Source of the DNA: a virus
Lineage: Duplodnaviria > Caudoviricetes
DNA: 53,953 nt
Direction: 5' to 3' (one strand)
Virus record (IMG/VR): IMGVR_UViG_3300021138_001458
Coordinates: 1-53,953 of that record
The position numbers and the translations under genes were made by a program. This document shows, piece after piece, positions 7,580 through 17,118 of the stretch (positions within the stretch are counted from its first letter, which is position 1; each line of letters opens with the position of its first letter). A model generated the notes under the pieces. That model made no database searches. It saw only the letters and a list, made by a program, of their open reading frames with translations, and was not told where the DNA came from.

Positions 7580-9217
7580 TTAGAATCCCATATCCATTCC
7601 TGCCATCGGATCTGCCTTATCTTCTTTCTTTTTCTCAAAAATTACAGATTCTGTAGTTAGGATGGTACCTGCAACCGATGCTGCGTTCTCTAGTGCTGTA
7701 CGAGTTACCTTAGTCGGATCTAATAATCCAGCCTCAATAGCATCAACCACTTCTTGAGTTTTAGCATTGTAAGTTTCGAAGGTATTAGCCATATTAATCG
7801 ATCCTAATATTGAAAAGGTATCTTCTACCCCACAGTTTGTTAGAATCGTTTTAAACGGTGCAAAACAGGCTCTTTTAACGATCTCATATCCTTTCAGATT
7901 GTCATTAGTTGAGTCCTTATCTAATACAATAGCTTTTACAGCTCTAATCAAAGCAATACCACCACCTGGAACGATTCCTTCTACGAGGGCTGCTTTGGTT
8001 GCAAATAAAGCATCTTCCACTCTATCTTTCTTCTCTTTTATTTCGATGTCTGAGTTTCCTCCAACACTTATGATAGCAACTCCTCCGACTAGTTTACCTA
8101 AACGCTCTTGTAGCTTTTCTTTTTCGTAGAAAGATGTTGCAGCTTCGACTTGCTTTTTGATTTCTTCAACTCTTGATTCTATTGCCTCTACAGTACCTTT
8201 ACCATCAACAACAGTTGTCGTTTCTTTTGTAACTGTAACCGTTCTTGCTTTTCCCAACAAATCACTAAGTTGTGCTGGAGTTAGTTTATCTAGTTTATGG
8301 CCTTTCTCTTTTGTAATCACTTGACCGCCTGTCATGGTTGCTAGATCCTCTAATAATAGAGTCTTTCTTTCTCCAAAGTCAGGTGCCTTAACTGCACAAA
8401 CCTTAACGATCCCTCTCATCTTATTTACAATTAGAGTTGCAAGAGCTTCATCACCAATATCCTCAGCAACAATTAGCAACGGCTTATTCTCAGCGTTTGC
8501 CTTTGTTAGGGGGTTTAATAGTTCTGCAGCAGTTGTAATTCTACCATCGTAGATTAGAATATACGGATCATCTAACACAGACTGCATTGTGTTGTTGTTA
8601 GTAACAAAGTAAGGAGATTTGTAGCCTCTGTCAAATTGCATACCTTCAACAACTTCTAAACTAGTCTCACCCGTCTTAGATTCTTCAATCGTAACAATTC
8701 CTTCTCTTCCAACTTTTTCAATTGCTGTTGAGATTAAGGTACCAACTTCTACGTCATTATTAGCTGAGATTGTTGCAACTTGCTTGATTTGATCTTGTGA
8801 TGAGATATCTTGTGAGATTTCTTTTAGTTGCTCTATAACCTCTCTTACATAAACATCAATCCCCTTCTTTACTTCAACAGGATTAGATCCTTGGTTAATT
8901 AGTTTTAATCCCTCTTCAACCATCGTAGTTGCAAGTAGGGTTGATGTTGTTGTACCATCTCCTGCTTCATTTGCAGATTTTATGGATACTTGCTTTACTA
9001 ACTGTGCCCCTAAGTCCTCCACTTGATCTTCAAGCTGTCCAAATGCTTTCGCACAGCTTACTCCATCTTTTGTAACTTTTACCTCTCCGTTAGGTCCCTG
9101 TATTAGAACTGTTCTACCTCCAGGTCCTAGAGTAGAAGATACTGAGTGGTTTAGTTGTTTGATACCACTTAATAGTTTGTTTTTTAAATCAATGCCGAAA
9201 ACTGTTTGTGTACTCAT
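7580..9217 (-). CDS. groEL: chaperonin GroEL
   Basis: [41 protein letters not shown] and GIVPGGG motifs; GM-rich tail. Confidence 0.97.
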   Translation of the reverse strand: MSTQTVFGIDLKNKLLSGIKQLNHSVSSTLGPGGRTVLIQGPNGEVKVTKDGVSCAKAFGQLEDQVEDLGAQLVKQVSIKSANEAGDGTTTSTLLATTMVEEGLKLINQGSNPVEVKKGIDVYVREVIEQLKEISQDISSQDQIKQVATISANNDVEVGTLISTAIEKVGREGIVTIEESKTGETSLEVVEGMQFDRGYKSPYFVTNNNTMQSVLDDPYILIYDGRITTAAELLNPLTKANAENKPLLIVAEDIGDEALATLIVNKMRGIVKVCAVKAPDFGERKTLLLEDLATMTGGQVITKEKGHKLDKLTPAQLSDLLGKARTVTVTKETTTVVDGKGTVEAIESRVEEIKKQVEAATSFYEKEKLQERLGKLVGGVAIISVGGNSDIEIKEKKDRVEDALFATKAALVEGIVPGGGIALIRAVKAIVLDKDSTNDNLKGYEIVKRACFAPFKTILTNCGVEDTFSILGSINMANTFETYNAKTQEVVDAIEAGLLDPTKVTRTALENAASVAGTILTTESVIFEKKKEDKADPMAGMDMGF

Positions 9218-9221
9218 GTTT

Positions 9222-9527
9222 TTAATTTGTTGTGTCGTTTACTAATACTGAAAAAACATCTTGCTCTTTGCAGATGAAATACTCTTCACCTTCTAAGGTG
9301 ATACGTGAAGCTCCTAGTTTAGGAATTAACACTTTTTGTCCAACTTCAAGTTGTGACTGTATCCAAGAATCAGAGTTGTAGTTATAGGTTGCTGATACAG
9401 CTACTACCTCTCCTATCTCAGGTCTCTCTTTTCCTAAGTCAGGAATTACTATGTTTCCATAGGTCTGTTCCTGCTCTTCAATTGGCTTCATAATCAGATA
9501 GCCATTAACTGGTTTTAATTTACTCAT
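9222..9527 (-). CDS. groES: co-chaperonin GroES
   Basis: LKPV..Y.I.KP, mobile loop TYGNIVIPD.GKERP..GEVVAV; directly upstream of groEL. Confidence 0.92.
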   Translation of the reverse strand: MSKLKPVNGYLIMKPIEEQEQTYGNIVIPDLGKERPEIGEVVAVSATYNYNSDSWIQSQLEVGQKVLIPKLGASRITLEGEEYFICKEQDVFSVLVNDTTN

Positions 9528-9539
9528 ATTGTTGTTTTA

Positions 9540-9743
9540 TTATATAACTTCTACCTCTTCTACTTTTTCTATTTCTAGGTCTGGGATTGATTCTAGAAAA
9601 TATAGAATACCGTCTTTTCTTAATACTAAATCCGTTCTTAGATGCTCTTTCCAGGTATCGATGTTAGGATTATCCTCCTCCCTTATGAGCTTCTTTATAA
9701 CATACAGATTTTCATTGAAATTTAAAAATTTTTTTGCAAACAT
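9540..9743 (-). CDS. hypothetical protein (67 aa) in the chaperone operon
   Basis: ORF track; lies between hsp20 and groES. Confidence 0.7.
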   Translation of the reverse strand: MFAKKFLNFNENLYVIKKLIREEDNPNIDTWKEHLRTDLVLRKDGILYFLESIPDLEIEKVEEVEVI

Positions 9744-9771
9744 AACAGAGATTTTTGGTAGGTCGTTTTAA

Positions 9772-10194
9772 TTATTTACTTGTAGGTGTCTTGATTTCAA
9801 TCTTTCGTACAGAGGTATTTTCAGCTGTAGGGATTGTTAAAAGCAGTAGTCCCTTATCTAAGGTTGCTTCTAATTTTGTTAAATCAAATTTGGATGATAC
9901 TTTCCAGGTCAGATCAAATGATGATCTCTTGATACCTCTGTAGATTACAGGACGATCTTCTTTTGTTGGTTTTTCATAACGAATACGTAGCTGCTCTCCC
10001 TCAGTAAGGATTTCAATATCCTCTTGAGATAGGCCAACTGCGGCTATTTCAAAAATAATTCCGGTTTCTGTGTCGTAGATATCGACAGGATGTGTTACTC
10101 TTTGCGTAATTGCTGAGAAGTGTGAGTTTGTCTCGAAGAGGTCTTTCCAGAGCAGGTCAAATGGATCAAGCTCAAATGGTCTAAATATGCCCAT
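9772..10194 (-). CDS. small heat-shock protein Hsp20 (alpha-crystallin domain)
   Basis: PVDIY...EIAAVG...DIEI...YRGI..SSF...ATLDKGLL.LTIP pattern. Confidence 0.9.
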   Translation of the reverse strand: MGIFRPFELDPFDLLWKDLFETNSHFSAITQRVTHPVDIYDTETGIIFEIAAVGLSQEDIEILTEGEQLRIRYEKPTKEDRPVIYRGIKRSSFDLTWKVSSKFDLTKLEATLDKGLLLLTIPTAENTSVRKIEIKTPTSK

Positions 10195-10312
10195 AGTTTT
10201 AAGTTTTGTGTTCCCTTCCGGTGAACGATTAATTAATAAAATTCATAACAGAGACCTACCAAAGTATCTCTTTGTTATAAATATATACGAATTAAGAAAA
10301 ACAAGAGATTTT

Positions 10313-12625
10313 TTAGTGACCGTCTCTCATATTAGTTGTTACTTCAGGGATTGCTATCAGCTGAACTCCATCTAGTGTTGTTGTGTTTTCCATACAATCC
10401 TGTACAATCTCACAAGCTCTCTTTGTATCCTCATCCTTTACTTGGCAAACTAATTGGTCATGTATCTGAGCTATTACTTGTCCATCGATTCCTTCCTCTA
10501 TAAATCTTCTATTGATTCTAAGAGCAGCTCTGTTTACTATGCTTGCAGAATAACTCTGGATCTGGTAGTTGAGGCAATTATTTAGAGCATTCTTATAATC
10601 CCTATACAGTTTAGTTATTTCTTCTACTCCATACTGTCTTTCCATTTCTTTTTTAAACTTCCAGTCCTCGAGAAGCTTATCACCCATTGCAGCATAAATC
10701 TCCTTTGCAACAGGTAAATGTCTAACACGACCTACTTTATTCTTAATATAACCGTTCTCCTTCACAAAAGCTCTCGATCCTTCTCTCCATTTCCTAAGAT
10801 CTGGAAATCCATCCAAGTAACCCTCCACTAATCTCTCTCCTTCTTTCTTGTCTACAGATAAAGTCATTGCAAGTGCATATCCTGACATGCCGTAAGCAAC
10901 CCCTAACGAATAAGACTTTGCAGTTTGTCTTTTGACAGGATCTACTTTCTTTAGAAAGTTTGGTGCTTTTGTATGAGCACTAACCCCTTCTAATTTTTCA
11001 GTCTTGATAGCAATAAAGGAGTAGAAGTCTAAGTCTTCACGGAAGATAGTCTTTAATCCCTCATCTCCTGTTACAGCTGAGAATACTCTCGGTTCTAGTG
11101 ATTGATAGTCGGTGTCAATTAGCTTATAACCTTCATCCGAAATAAAGAAAGCCCTTACTACATTAGTGTAGTCCATTACAATTTGATCATCTTGACCATC
11201 CTCTAATGGTTTTGGTAGCTGCTGTAGATCTGATCCATACCTTCCTGATACTGTACCGTTCTGTTTGAAGTACGGATGAAATCTTTCATTATCCGCAGCA
11301 TCTAGAAATCTATCAATATATGCTGATTTGATCTTAGTTAGCTTGTTATAAATTCTAAGATACTTTGCCCACGTATGTTCATCTCCTATGGACTGAATTA
11401 GATCCTCGTCGAACTGGTCTTTGCCTTTCGTGGTTTGTGATTGTGGTTTGATTCCTAGCACTCCAAAAGCTATCTGACCTAGTTGATCTTTGGATTGAAT
11501 GTTAAAGAACACTCCTCCATTATCTTCTTTCCAAAGTCCTAAGCTAACTTTTACAATCTGCTCTTTCGTTAGAAACTCAGAATCTCCAGTCAAAAGAAAA
11601 CTCTTGATTGGACCATCCGGTAGTCCTGCTACAGTTAATTTGTTTATAGAAAATTTTCCCGTCTTTTCGGATCTTGGAAGCTCCACTCCTTCAATCTCTA
11701 ATAAACGCTGAGCAAAGGTTCCAGCCTTCTTAGGAGGATATTCCGTAGTTGCTTTTTCAATAATCCAAGTTCTAACCTCAGGAAGACTTAGCAATTCCTG
11801 TACTACTAAGTCAGCATGCTTCTGTAAGTCTGCTGTAATGCTCTTTTTAGTTTCTTCTATTAGAGGAATGTTAAGTCTAACACCGTGTTCTTCCATTCTA
11901 ATCGTAACTTCTCTGTAGAGAGGCATTACCTCATCCTCAAAGAAAAACTTCTCAAGTCCTTCCTCCTTCAATATCTCTAGGAAGTGGTTACATATTCTAA
12001 GAGTCAAGTCAGCATCCGCTGCTGCGTACTTAGCTAGAATGTCCATGTCTGCTTTGAAGATCTCATAGTTATCTCTACTCGTACTGCCACCACTTCTCTT
12101 GATGCTCTCTTTTAGTTCTAACTGCTCTTCATTCGCTGCTTTCTCAACATCAATACCGATCTTGTCCTGAATTAGTCTTGCTATTTCCTTAAGACCGAAA
12201 GGCTTGCCTCCAATACCAAACGCACCTTCTTCTTTCACAGTATGCACGAGTAGTGCAGTGTCTATGTAGATTGATGGAATTAGGTTTATACCATAAAAGC
12301 ATTTCGTAAACCTTCCATCGAAAGATCCGTTATGCATCACTAACTTCTTACCAACTAGCTTTTGTATAGCATATTTAGCTAGATCGTGACACCTTTTTCC
12401 ATTTAGACTCACCTCTCTTAGAGCTTCATTCTCAAAAACCATAGTAGGCATATAGTACCCCCTTCCAACTTCGCCTGAGACAGAGAAACCGATTATCTGT
12501 CCTCTTCTAGGATTCAGACTATCGGTCTCCGTATCATAAGCTAGTATTTCGTGTTGATTTATGTGCTCTATCAGTTCTCGGAAAGTTTCTAAATCATTTA
12601 CTAAAACATAACTTTTTTCTTGCAT
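10313..12625 (-). CDS. polA: DNA polymerase family A (3'-5' exonuclease + polymerase; no 5'-3' exonuclease)
   Basis: Exo I DTET, Exo II HNGSFD, Exo III YAAAD; motif A DYQSLEPR, motif B RQTAKSYSLGVAYG, motif C IHDQ. Confidence 0.95.
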   Translation of the reverse strand: MQEKSYVLVNDLETFRELIEHINQHEILAYDTETDSLNPRRGQIIGFSVSGEVGRGYYMPTMVFENEALREVSLNGKRCHDLAKYAIQKLVGKKLVMHNGSFDGRFTKCFYGINLIPSIYIDTALLVHTVKEEGAFGIGGKPFGLKEIARLIQDKIGIDVEKAANEEQLELKESIKRSGGSTSRDNYEIFKADMDILAKYAAADADLTLRICNHFLEILKEEGLEKFFFEDEVMPLYREVTIRMEEHGVRLNIPLIEETKKSITADLQKHADLVVQELLSLPEVRTWIIEKATTEYPPKKAGTFAQRLLEIEGVELPRSEKTGKFSINKLTVAGLPDGPIKSFLLTGDSEFLTKEQIVKVSLGLWKEDNGGVFFNIQSKDQLGQIAFGVLGIKPQSQTTKGKDQFDEDLIQSIGDEHTWAKYLRIYNKLTKIKSAYIDRFLDAADNERFHPYFKQNGTVSGRYGSDLQQLPKPLEDGQDDQIVMDYTNVVRAFFISDEGYKLIDTDYQSLEPRVFSAVTGDEGLKTIFREDLDFYSFIAIKTEKLEGVSAHTKAPNFLKKVDPVKRQTAKSYSLGVAYGMSGYALAMTLSVDKKEGERLVEGYLDGFPDLRKWREGSRAFVKENGYIKNKVGRVRHLPVAKEIYAAMGDKLLEDWKFKKEMERQYGVEEITKLYRDYKNALNNCLNYQIQSYSASIVNRAALRINRRFIEEGIDGQVIAQIHDQLVCQVKDEDTKRACEIVQDCMENTTTLDGVQLIAIPEVTTNMRDGH

Positions 12626-12627
12626 AA

Positions 12628-13149
12628 TTAGCTTGCTGTCCTTTGTTTATCGCCTTGGAATTGGCCGTTGTATAGATTATCAGCTCCAACTGGAGTGCAT
12701 TCGTGGAAGTAAATCTGAGCAACTCTTGCTCCTTCCTCTATAAATATAGTTTCATTTACAACCATAACTGTTCCCATAAACTCAGTCTCAAATCCTGGAT
12801 CAAATACTGATGAGTGTAGGACTGTACCGTTTCTTAGTAGGGATGATCTCTGTCTAATTAATCCTAGATAGTTTTCTGGTATCTTGCATCCTTCGTTGAA
12901 GGTTATGCTGTAGACTCCTTGAAACAAAAGCCATCCTGATGCTCCATCAAGATTCATTAATGGATGTGGAGTGTAGGTAGTTAGTTGAGTACTATCTTTT
13001 AGTACTTTACCAACTTTTACTGCTCCGTTTCCTCCTATCTTATCTACTTGCTTTAGTGATAAGTCGTAACCTACCTGTGCAGGTTTACCTTGCGTGTGTT
13101 CTAGTTTTAATAGTCCTTGACTAACTATCTGTTCCGCGTTTAGTGTCAT
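12628..13149 (-). CDS. dcd: dCTP deaminase / trimeric dUTPase family protein
   Basis: GYDL, RSSLLRNG, VFDPGF, RVAQ and YNGQFQG motifs. Confidence 0.85.
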   Translation of the reverse strand: MTLNAEQIVSQGLLKLEHTQGKPAQVGYDLSLKQVDKIGGNGAVKVGKVLKDSTQLTTYTPHPLMNLDGASGWLLFQGVYSITFNEGCKIPENYLGLIRQRSSLLRNGTVLHSSVFDPGFETEFMGTVMVVNETIFIEEGARVAQIYFHECTPVGADNLYNGQFQGDKQRTAS

Positions 13150-13336
13150 CTTCTTTTTTATTTTTAAATGGAAATAATTCGTTTAAGGTTTCTCTCCTTC
13201 TTTCACATCCACAATCCTCTTCTCCTACAGCATGAGCTATGTCCTCAGCTATCTTAGCTAGTCCCAATCTGTGAGTTATCTTTGCTATGATATCTCCTAA
13301 GCCTTCTGCCTCGTTATTTGGATTAAAGGTGCTCAT
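13121..13336 (-). CDS. small conserved phage protein (GLGD...DCGC.RR type)
   Basis: GLGDIIAKIT...EDCGCERRRETLN pattern. Confidence 0.7.
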   Translation of the reverse strand: MSTFNPNNEAEGLGDIIAKITHRLGLAKIAEDIAHAVGEEDCGCERRRETLNELFPFKNKKEDDTKRGTDS

Positions 13337-14159
13337 CTTCTTTTAGTATTAGGTCCTCCATGTATGCAATATTCTTTTTAATAGTTGCTTCTGCATCTCT
13401 TGAGTAAGGAGCTTTAAAATCTACTTCGATCCTAGATTTACCGTCTTTAAGTCCCCATAAACTATCATCAAACTCGATACCTAAATAACCATGCCAGAAT
13501 GGTGAAGAGCTATCATTGCTATCCATTAAACCTAACTGTCTTTGTATTAGTATTTCTCTTGGTCCTCCCCCTAAGCCTAAATAGTGATGCCACTTTTCAG
13601 GAATAGCTAAACCATTCTCTATTAGAAAGCTTGTTGCAAAGATACGATTATAGGCAATGTCACTTGTGCCTGTCAGAGAACAGAAGGCATTTGGTATACC
13701 TAAGATAGACATTCCTATTACAGCAATATCATCATTCTCAGCCATATTAGAATAACACTGTAACCAGCCTTTCCAATCACCTTTTACGCTTTGAGGTACA
13801 GCCATTACCTTGTATTCCGTGTCTCTTACTCTTTCAATAAAATCCAAAGTAGATTCCAAAGTAACTTCCCACCTCTGAAATGGGGCATCTGGAGCTACTA
13901 GATAAGTTGGGGATAAGCCAGAGTCCTCTACTATCCCAATAAGTTCCTCTGCTGGAATGCTCTTCTTTAGCTCGAAGGCCATGTTATCGCATATAATAAT
14001 ATCCCCTCTTTCCTGTTTTTTCTTGTAAAAAGCGAGATAGGTAGGATCTCTAAGATAGTAGGATAGTACTAGGTGAAAGGTCTGATGTTCTGGTATTAGG
14101 TGTAGGTAGTTAATTGGTGATATGTAACCAAATTTAATTTGTTTCATAAAATAATTCAT
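13323..14159 (-). CDS. dpdA: tRNA-guanine transglycosylase-fold protein, DpdA-like 7-deazaguanine insertase
   Basis: TGT-like motifs in the expected order: DNMAFE (cf. DSGGFQ), APD, VPQ, HHYLG, SNDSS. Adjacent to folE2 and near queD/queE. Confidence 0.75.
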   Translation of the reverse strand: MNYFMKQIKFGYISPINYLHLIPEHQTFHLVLSYYLRDPTYLAFYKKKQERGDIIICDNMAFELKKSIPAEELIGIVEDSGLSPTYLVAPDAPFQRWEVTLESTLDFIERVRDTEYKVMAVPQSVKGDWKGWLQCYSNMAENDDIAVIGMSILGIPNAFCSLTGTSDIAYNRIFATSFLIENGLAIPEKWHHYLGLGGGPREILIQRQLGLMDSNDSSSPFWHGYLGIEFDDSLWGLKDGKSRIEVDFKAPYSRDAEATIKKNIAYMEDLILKEDEHL

Positions 14160-14170
14160 TTAATTGTTTT

Positions 14171-15172
14171 TTATCTTAAACCTCCATCAACACCTTTATA
14201 AACAATAGCTGTTGCTGACCATGGATGCAATGACTCAATGTGCTCCGTTACTACTGAGAAATCATAAATCTTCCCAGCTTTAAACCACTCATCCAATCCT
14301 GCATATAATAACCTAGAAGCGTCTTCTGTGAAAATTAGATTAGATCCGTTCAACTCTGCAAATGCTTGCTCATCCCTCCTCTTTACCACTATTTGAACTT
14401 CAGTCGGTACTTGCTGCCTTGCTAGTTCAACTAAATCTTCAATCCAAACTACCTCACTGGGGTCAAACTGAACTTTTATTCGTGCTACGCTACGTTGACT
14501 GTGTCCATTAGCAGCCTTACCTCTACGCTCTCTTGCATCCTGCGATAATTCAAAAGAACATGGACAGGTACTGCTGTATATGTAATCTACAGTTAAGTAA
14601 AAAGCGTACGCATCACCATGCAATTGTCCTTCTAGTTCACAGTTGTAGAAAATGTGACCTCTTAGTTTATTGTGGCTAAGTTTAACACCCTCAACAACCT
14701 TAAATACTTCTTCGCTAGGGGCATCGGATGATAACTCCTCTCTTGTTCTAAGCGCTTCTTGATCCCACTGATAAGAGAAGCGCAGCTTGCAGTAAGCATC
14801 TTTGCAATTTTGCTTTTTTTGCAACTCTTTCAATATATCCTTAAGTCCATCAATTGATAACTTATTTGACACCTTGTCGTGCATTAGCAAGTAAAATCTA
14901 CTTAGATTCAACCCCTTTGCTTCAGGATCATCGAGAGATCCGTACAAAGAAGCCTTTGCATGTAAAGTCTGCTCAGTACCATCTCTTCGTATCAACTTAA
15001 TTGGCAAATCAACGGGACCGATGCCTACTTTCTGAATAGGTACTTTTGCTCCTGGTAGAATAGGCTGTTGTTGTGGATCTGGTAACTCTGAATCGTCTGG
15101 GTAGTACGTGTTATCGTACTTGAAATCTAAGTGCGGCATCTTGCTCGCATGGTCAATGTAATTAAGCTCCAT
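14171..15172 (-). CDS. folE2: GTP cyclohydrolase I type IB (FolE2/MptA)
   Basis: KGLNLSR, STCPCS, HSQRS, VKRRDEQ, FTEDASR and ESLH motifs. Confidence 0.9.
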   Translation of the reverse strand: MELNYIDHASKMPHLDFKYDNTYYPDDSELPDPQQQPILPGAKVPIQKVGIGPVDLPIKLIRRDGTEQTLHAKASLYGSLDDPEAKGLNLSRFYLLMHDKVSNKLSIDGLKDILKELQKKQNCKDAYCKLRFSYQWDQEALRTREELSSDAPSEEVFKVVEGVKLSHNKLRGHIFYNCELEGQLHGDAYAFYLTVDYIYSSTCPCSFELSQDARERRGKAANGHSQRSVARIKVQFDPSEVVWIEDLVELARQQVPTEVQIVVKRRDEQAFAELNGSNLIFTEDASRLLYAGLDEWFKAGKIYDFSVVTEHIESLHPWSATAIVYKGVDGGLR

Positions 15173-15207
15173 AGTTGCTTGTTATTATTAATTTATATTG
15201 AAAAATA

Positions 15208-15900
15208 CTAAATATTCTCTAATGTTCCAACTTTATTTTTACAGTTTTCAAAATGCCACTGTATCATCTGCGGTTTACCTCCTCTCTGCTTACAGTGTGG
15301 GCACTCTACTATCTCTTTTGGTTTTCCTTTATGTACCTTAGCGTATGTATTACCTATCATGGTTGGTCTAGGAGATCCTTTAATCTTTACGCCAGTCATA
15401 CTATAACAATTATCAAAGTGTAACCTTTTCATATTACTGATACCACCGACCTTGCTACAATGAGGGCACTGCACTCTTTCTTGAGGTCCCACTCTCTTAC
15501 CACGTCTAGATTGTGCTCTTTTTTCAATGGTTTCTTTCGATGGTTTATTTGTACCGTTTTTAATTCTGGTTTGTTGTCTCTTTCTGATAGAATCCTCCGA
15601 CATCTTTCCGCTTTTATCACCAGCCTTTGTTAAGTAGCAATTTAAACCCATCGAACTAGTTGATTGAAATAGCTCTTGATAGTATCTCTCCCAGTAATTT
15701 AACTCCTCTGTTTTACACTCGGTAATTATTTCGAATTTATGTGAATCAACTCCGTATTTTATAAAAGATTTATATAGTATAATTTGAGTTTTACATGCTC
15801 GCATTTTTCTATATTCGTCAAATCTTCGCTGGATGTCGATAGTTTGTCCTATGTATATTTTTCCTGTCGGACTTGTTATTTTATAAATTCCAGTTATCAT
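15208..15900 (-). CDS. GIY-YIG homing endonuclease with C-terminal zinc-finger repeats
   Basis: GIYKITSPTGKIYIGQT, R..EY, conserved E and N; two CPHC...HF.NC repeats. Confidence 0.9.
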   Translation of the reverse strand: MITGIYKITSPTGKIYIGQTIDIQRRFDEYRKMRACKTQIILYKSFIKYGVDSHKFEIITECKTEELNYWERYYQELFQSTSSMGLNCYLTKAGDKSGKMSEDSIRKRQQTRIKNGTNKPSKETIEKRAQSRRGKRVGPQERVQCPHCSKVGGISNMKRLHFDNCYSMTGVKIKGSPRPTMIGNTYAKVHKGKPKEIVECPHCKQRGGKPQMIQWHFENCKNKVGTLENI

Positions 15901-16024
15901 AGTAAATAAAAAAGGCTCTTAGTTTAAAAGAGTACGGCAATACCCAGTTAAACCTTGAGCCAAATATTTTGTTAGCTGTTGCCGCAGCTTTTACTATAAT
16001 AAATAGTTGGCAATTAACTCAAAA
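15901..16024 (-). ncRNA. structured cis-regulatory RNA leader, copy 1 (kissing-loop architecture)
   Basis: Hairpin AGCTG-CGGCAA-CAGCT; long hairpin GGCTC-AA...GGGTA-TTGCCG-TACTC...AA-GAGCC plus U6; closing stem TAGTAAA/TTTACTA. A homologous copy lies at 28882-29007. Confidence 0.7.
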
Positions 16025-16025
16025 C

Positions 16026-16505
16026 CTAACTATTATCTACAATTACTAGCCTATCTTTATACGTTTCGTAGATTTTCTGGCACTCCAACTCTATTGGTCT
16101 ATTATCTGCTACCTCGAAAGGTTCTGTATCTCTACCATCCTTTCTTGCTTCATATCGTCTCTTGCGTTCCTCTGTAGGAACCTCTAACCAAACAAGTAGA
16201 GCATCTGGAAAATGCTTTAGAACCTTCTCCACTATACTAAGCTGTCTAATACCATCTACAATGATATCATCACAATGCTCTAGTCCCTCCAACCTATGAA
16301 TATCCGATACTATCGTATTAGCTATCAAACTATCTAAGGACCTAGTGTTTTGTAGATCTGATCTAGTGCCTGGTCCTGTTAGATTTCTAACTATTGCAGA
16401 TACTGAAATTCTACGACCGGTTAGGGGATAGGTTCCTTTCCCACTGCAGATCCTACCAAATAGCAGTATTAGGCTACTCTGTTTCAACTGTTGCTCCATT
16501 TTCAA
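16026..16505 (-). CDS. P-loop nucleoside monophosphate kinase-like protein
   Basis: GRICSGKGT Walker A, IIVDGIR and a RKRR lid motif. Confidence 0.75.
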   Translation of the reverse strand: MKMEQQLKQSSLILLFGRICSGKGTYPLTGRRISVSAIVRNLTGPGTRSDLQNTRSLDSLIANTIVSDIHRLEGLEHCDDIIVDGIRQLSIVEKVLKHFPDALLVWLEVPTEERKRRYEARKDGRDTEPFEVADNRPIELECQKIYETYKDRLVIVDNS

Positions 16506-16824
16506 GGTCCTCCCACACCGTTACTGACTTACAGTCAAATTGTTTTTGAATATCCTTTGCTATCTTTTCACAGCTCATAGCTCCAAAGTCATGAGCTCTT
16601 TTCTGAGATCTATAATAAAAGGCTCTTAGGTAGTCTAGGATATCTCTCTTAAACATTACAAATTCCACATCTCTATCATCGTGAAATACTTCTTTCTTTG
16701 CCTCAATGTGAAAAACATGTCTGTGTGGATCAGACAAAAAAGCCACTTCCGGAAATACTTCTTTTGCTGCAGGCCAGCAATGTATTCCATCCACTTGTAG
16801 TCTTACTATTATGTAAGTTTTCAT
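16474..16824 (-). CDS. dpdL: QueD-like T-fold protein, DpdL-like (putative 7-carboxy-7-deazaguanine decarboxylase)
   Basis: H.WP...LSDPHRHVF (LxxxHRHxF)...DRDVEF...SCE.IA...V.ED.ENGA, inside the deazaguanine cluster. Confidence 0.65.
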   Translation of the reverse strand: MKTYIIVRLQVDGIHCWPAAKEVFPEVAFLSDPHRHVFHIEAKKEVFHDDRDVEFVMFKRDILDYLRAFYYRSQKRAHDFGAMSCEKIAKDIQKQFDCKSVTVWEDLENGATVETE

Positions 16825-16854
16825 AATTATTTATTTTTAGTTAATAAATTAACC

Positions 16855-17118
16855 TTACAAACTTTTTTCGAATTCTCCAACAATTTCATAAAATTCAGGA
16901 GTACCAGGAAAGGCTAGGAAGTTTGGATGCTTCATAGTCCTCTCTAGTATCTTGAGTGTTAGATCTCGGTTTGTGGTATCTATTAAAACTGATTCTAATA
17001 TCATCTCTCCCTCCTTTCCATCTTTTTTCTTGGCAAGGTAAAAGAGAGTTCCAGCTCCTCTATCTTCTATAAAAGTAAAATAGTTATCTGCTGTTGTTAA
17101 TGCTTTACTTAACTTCAT
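16855..17118 (-). CDS. hypothetical protein
   Basis: ORF track, 87 aa. Confidence 0.65.
   Translation of the reverse strand: MKLSKALTTADNYFTFIEDRGAGTLFYLAKKKDGKEGEMILESVLIDTTNRDLTLKILERTMKHPNFLAFPGTPEFYEIVGEFEKSL

Noticed and set aside
13323-14159. Canonical tRNA-modifying Tgt for queuosine synthesis
   Set aside because: It lacks the C-terminal CxCxxC zinc site and length of bacterial Tgt, and queC/queF/queA are absent from the window. The context beside the DNA polymerase favours a DNA-directed DpdA-like role.
15901-16005. Hammerhead ribozyme or purine riboswitch identity for the structured leader
   Set aside because: The three-way junction with a loop-loop contact is similar in outline, but the CUGAnGA/GAAA hammerhead core and the purine-aptamer junction nucleotides are not present.
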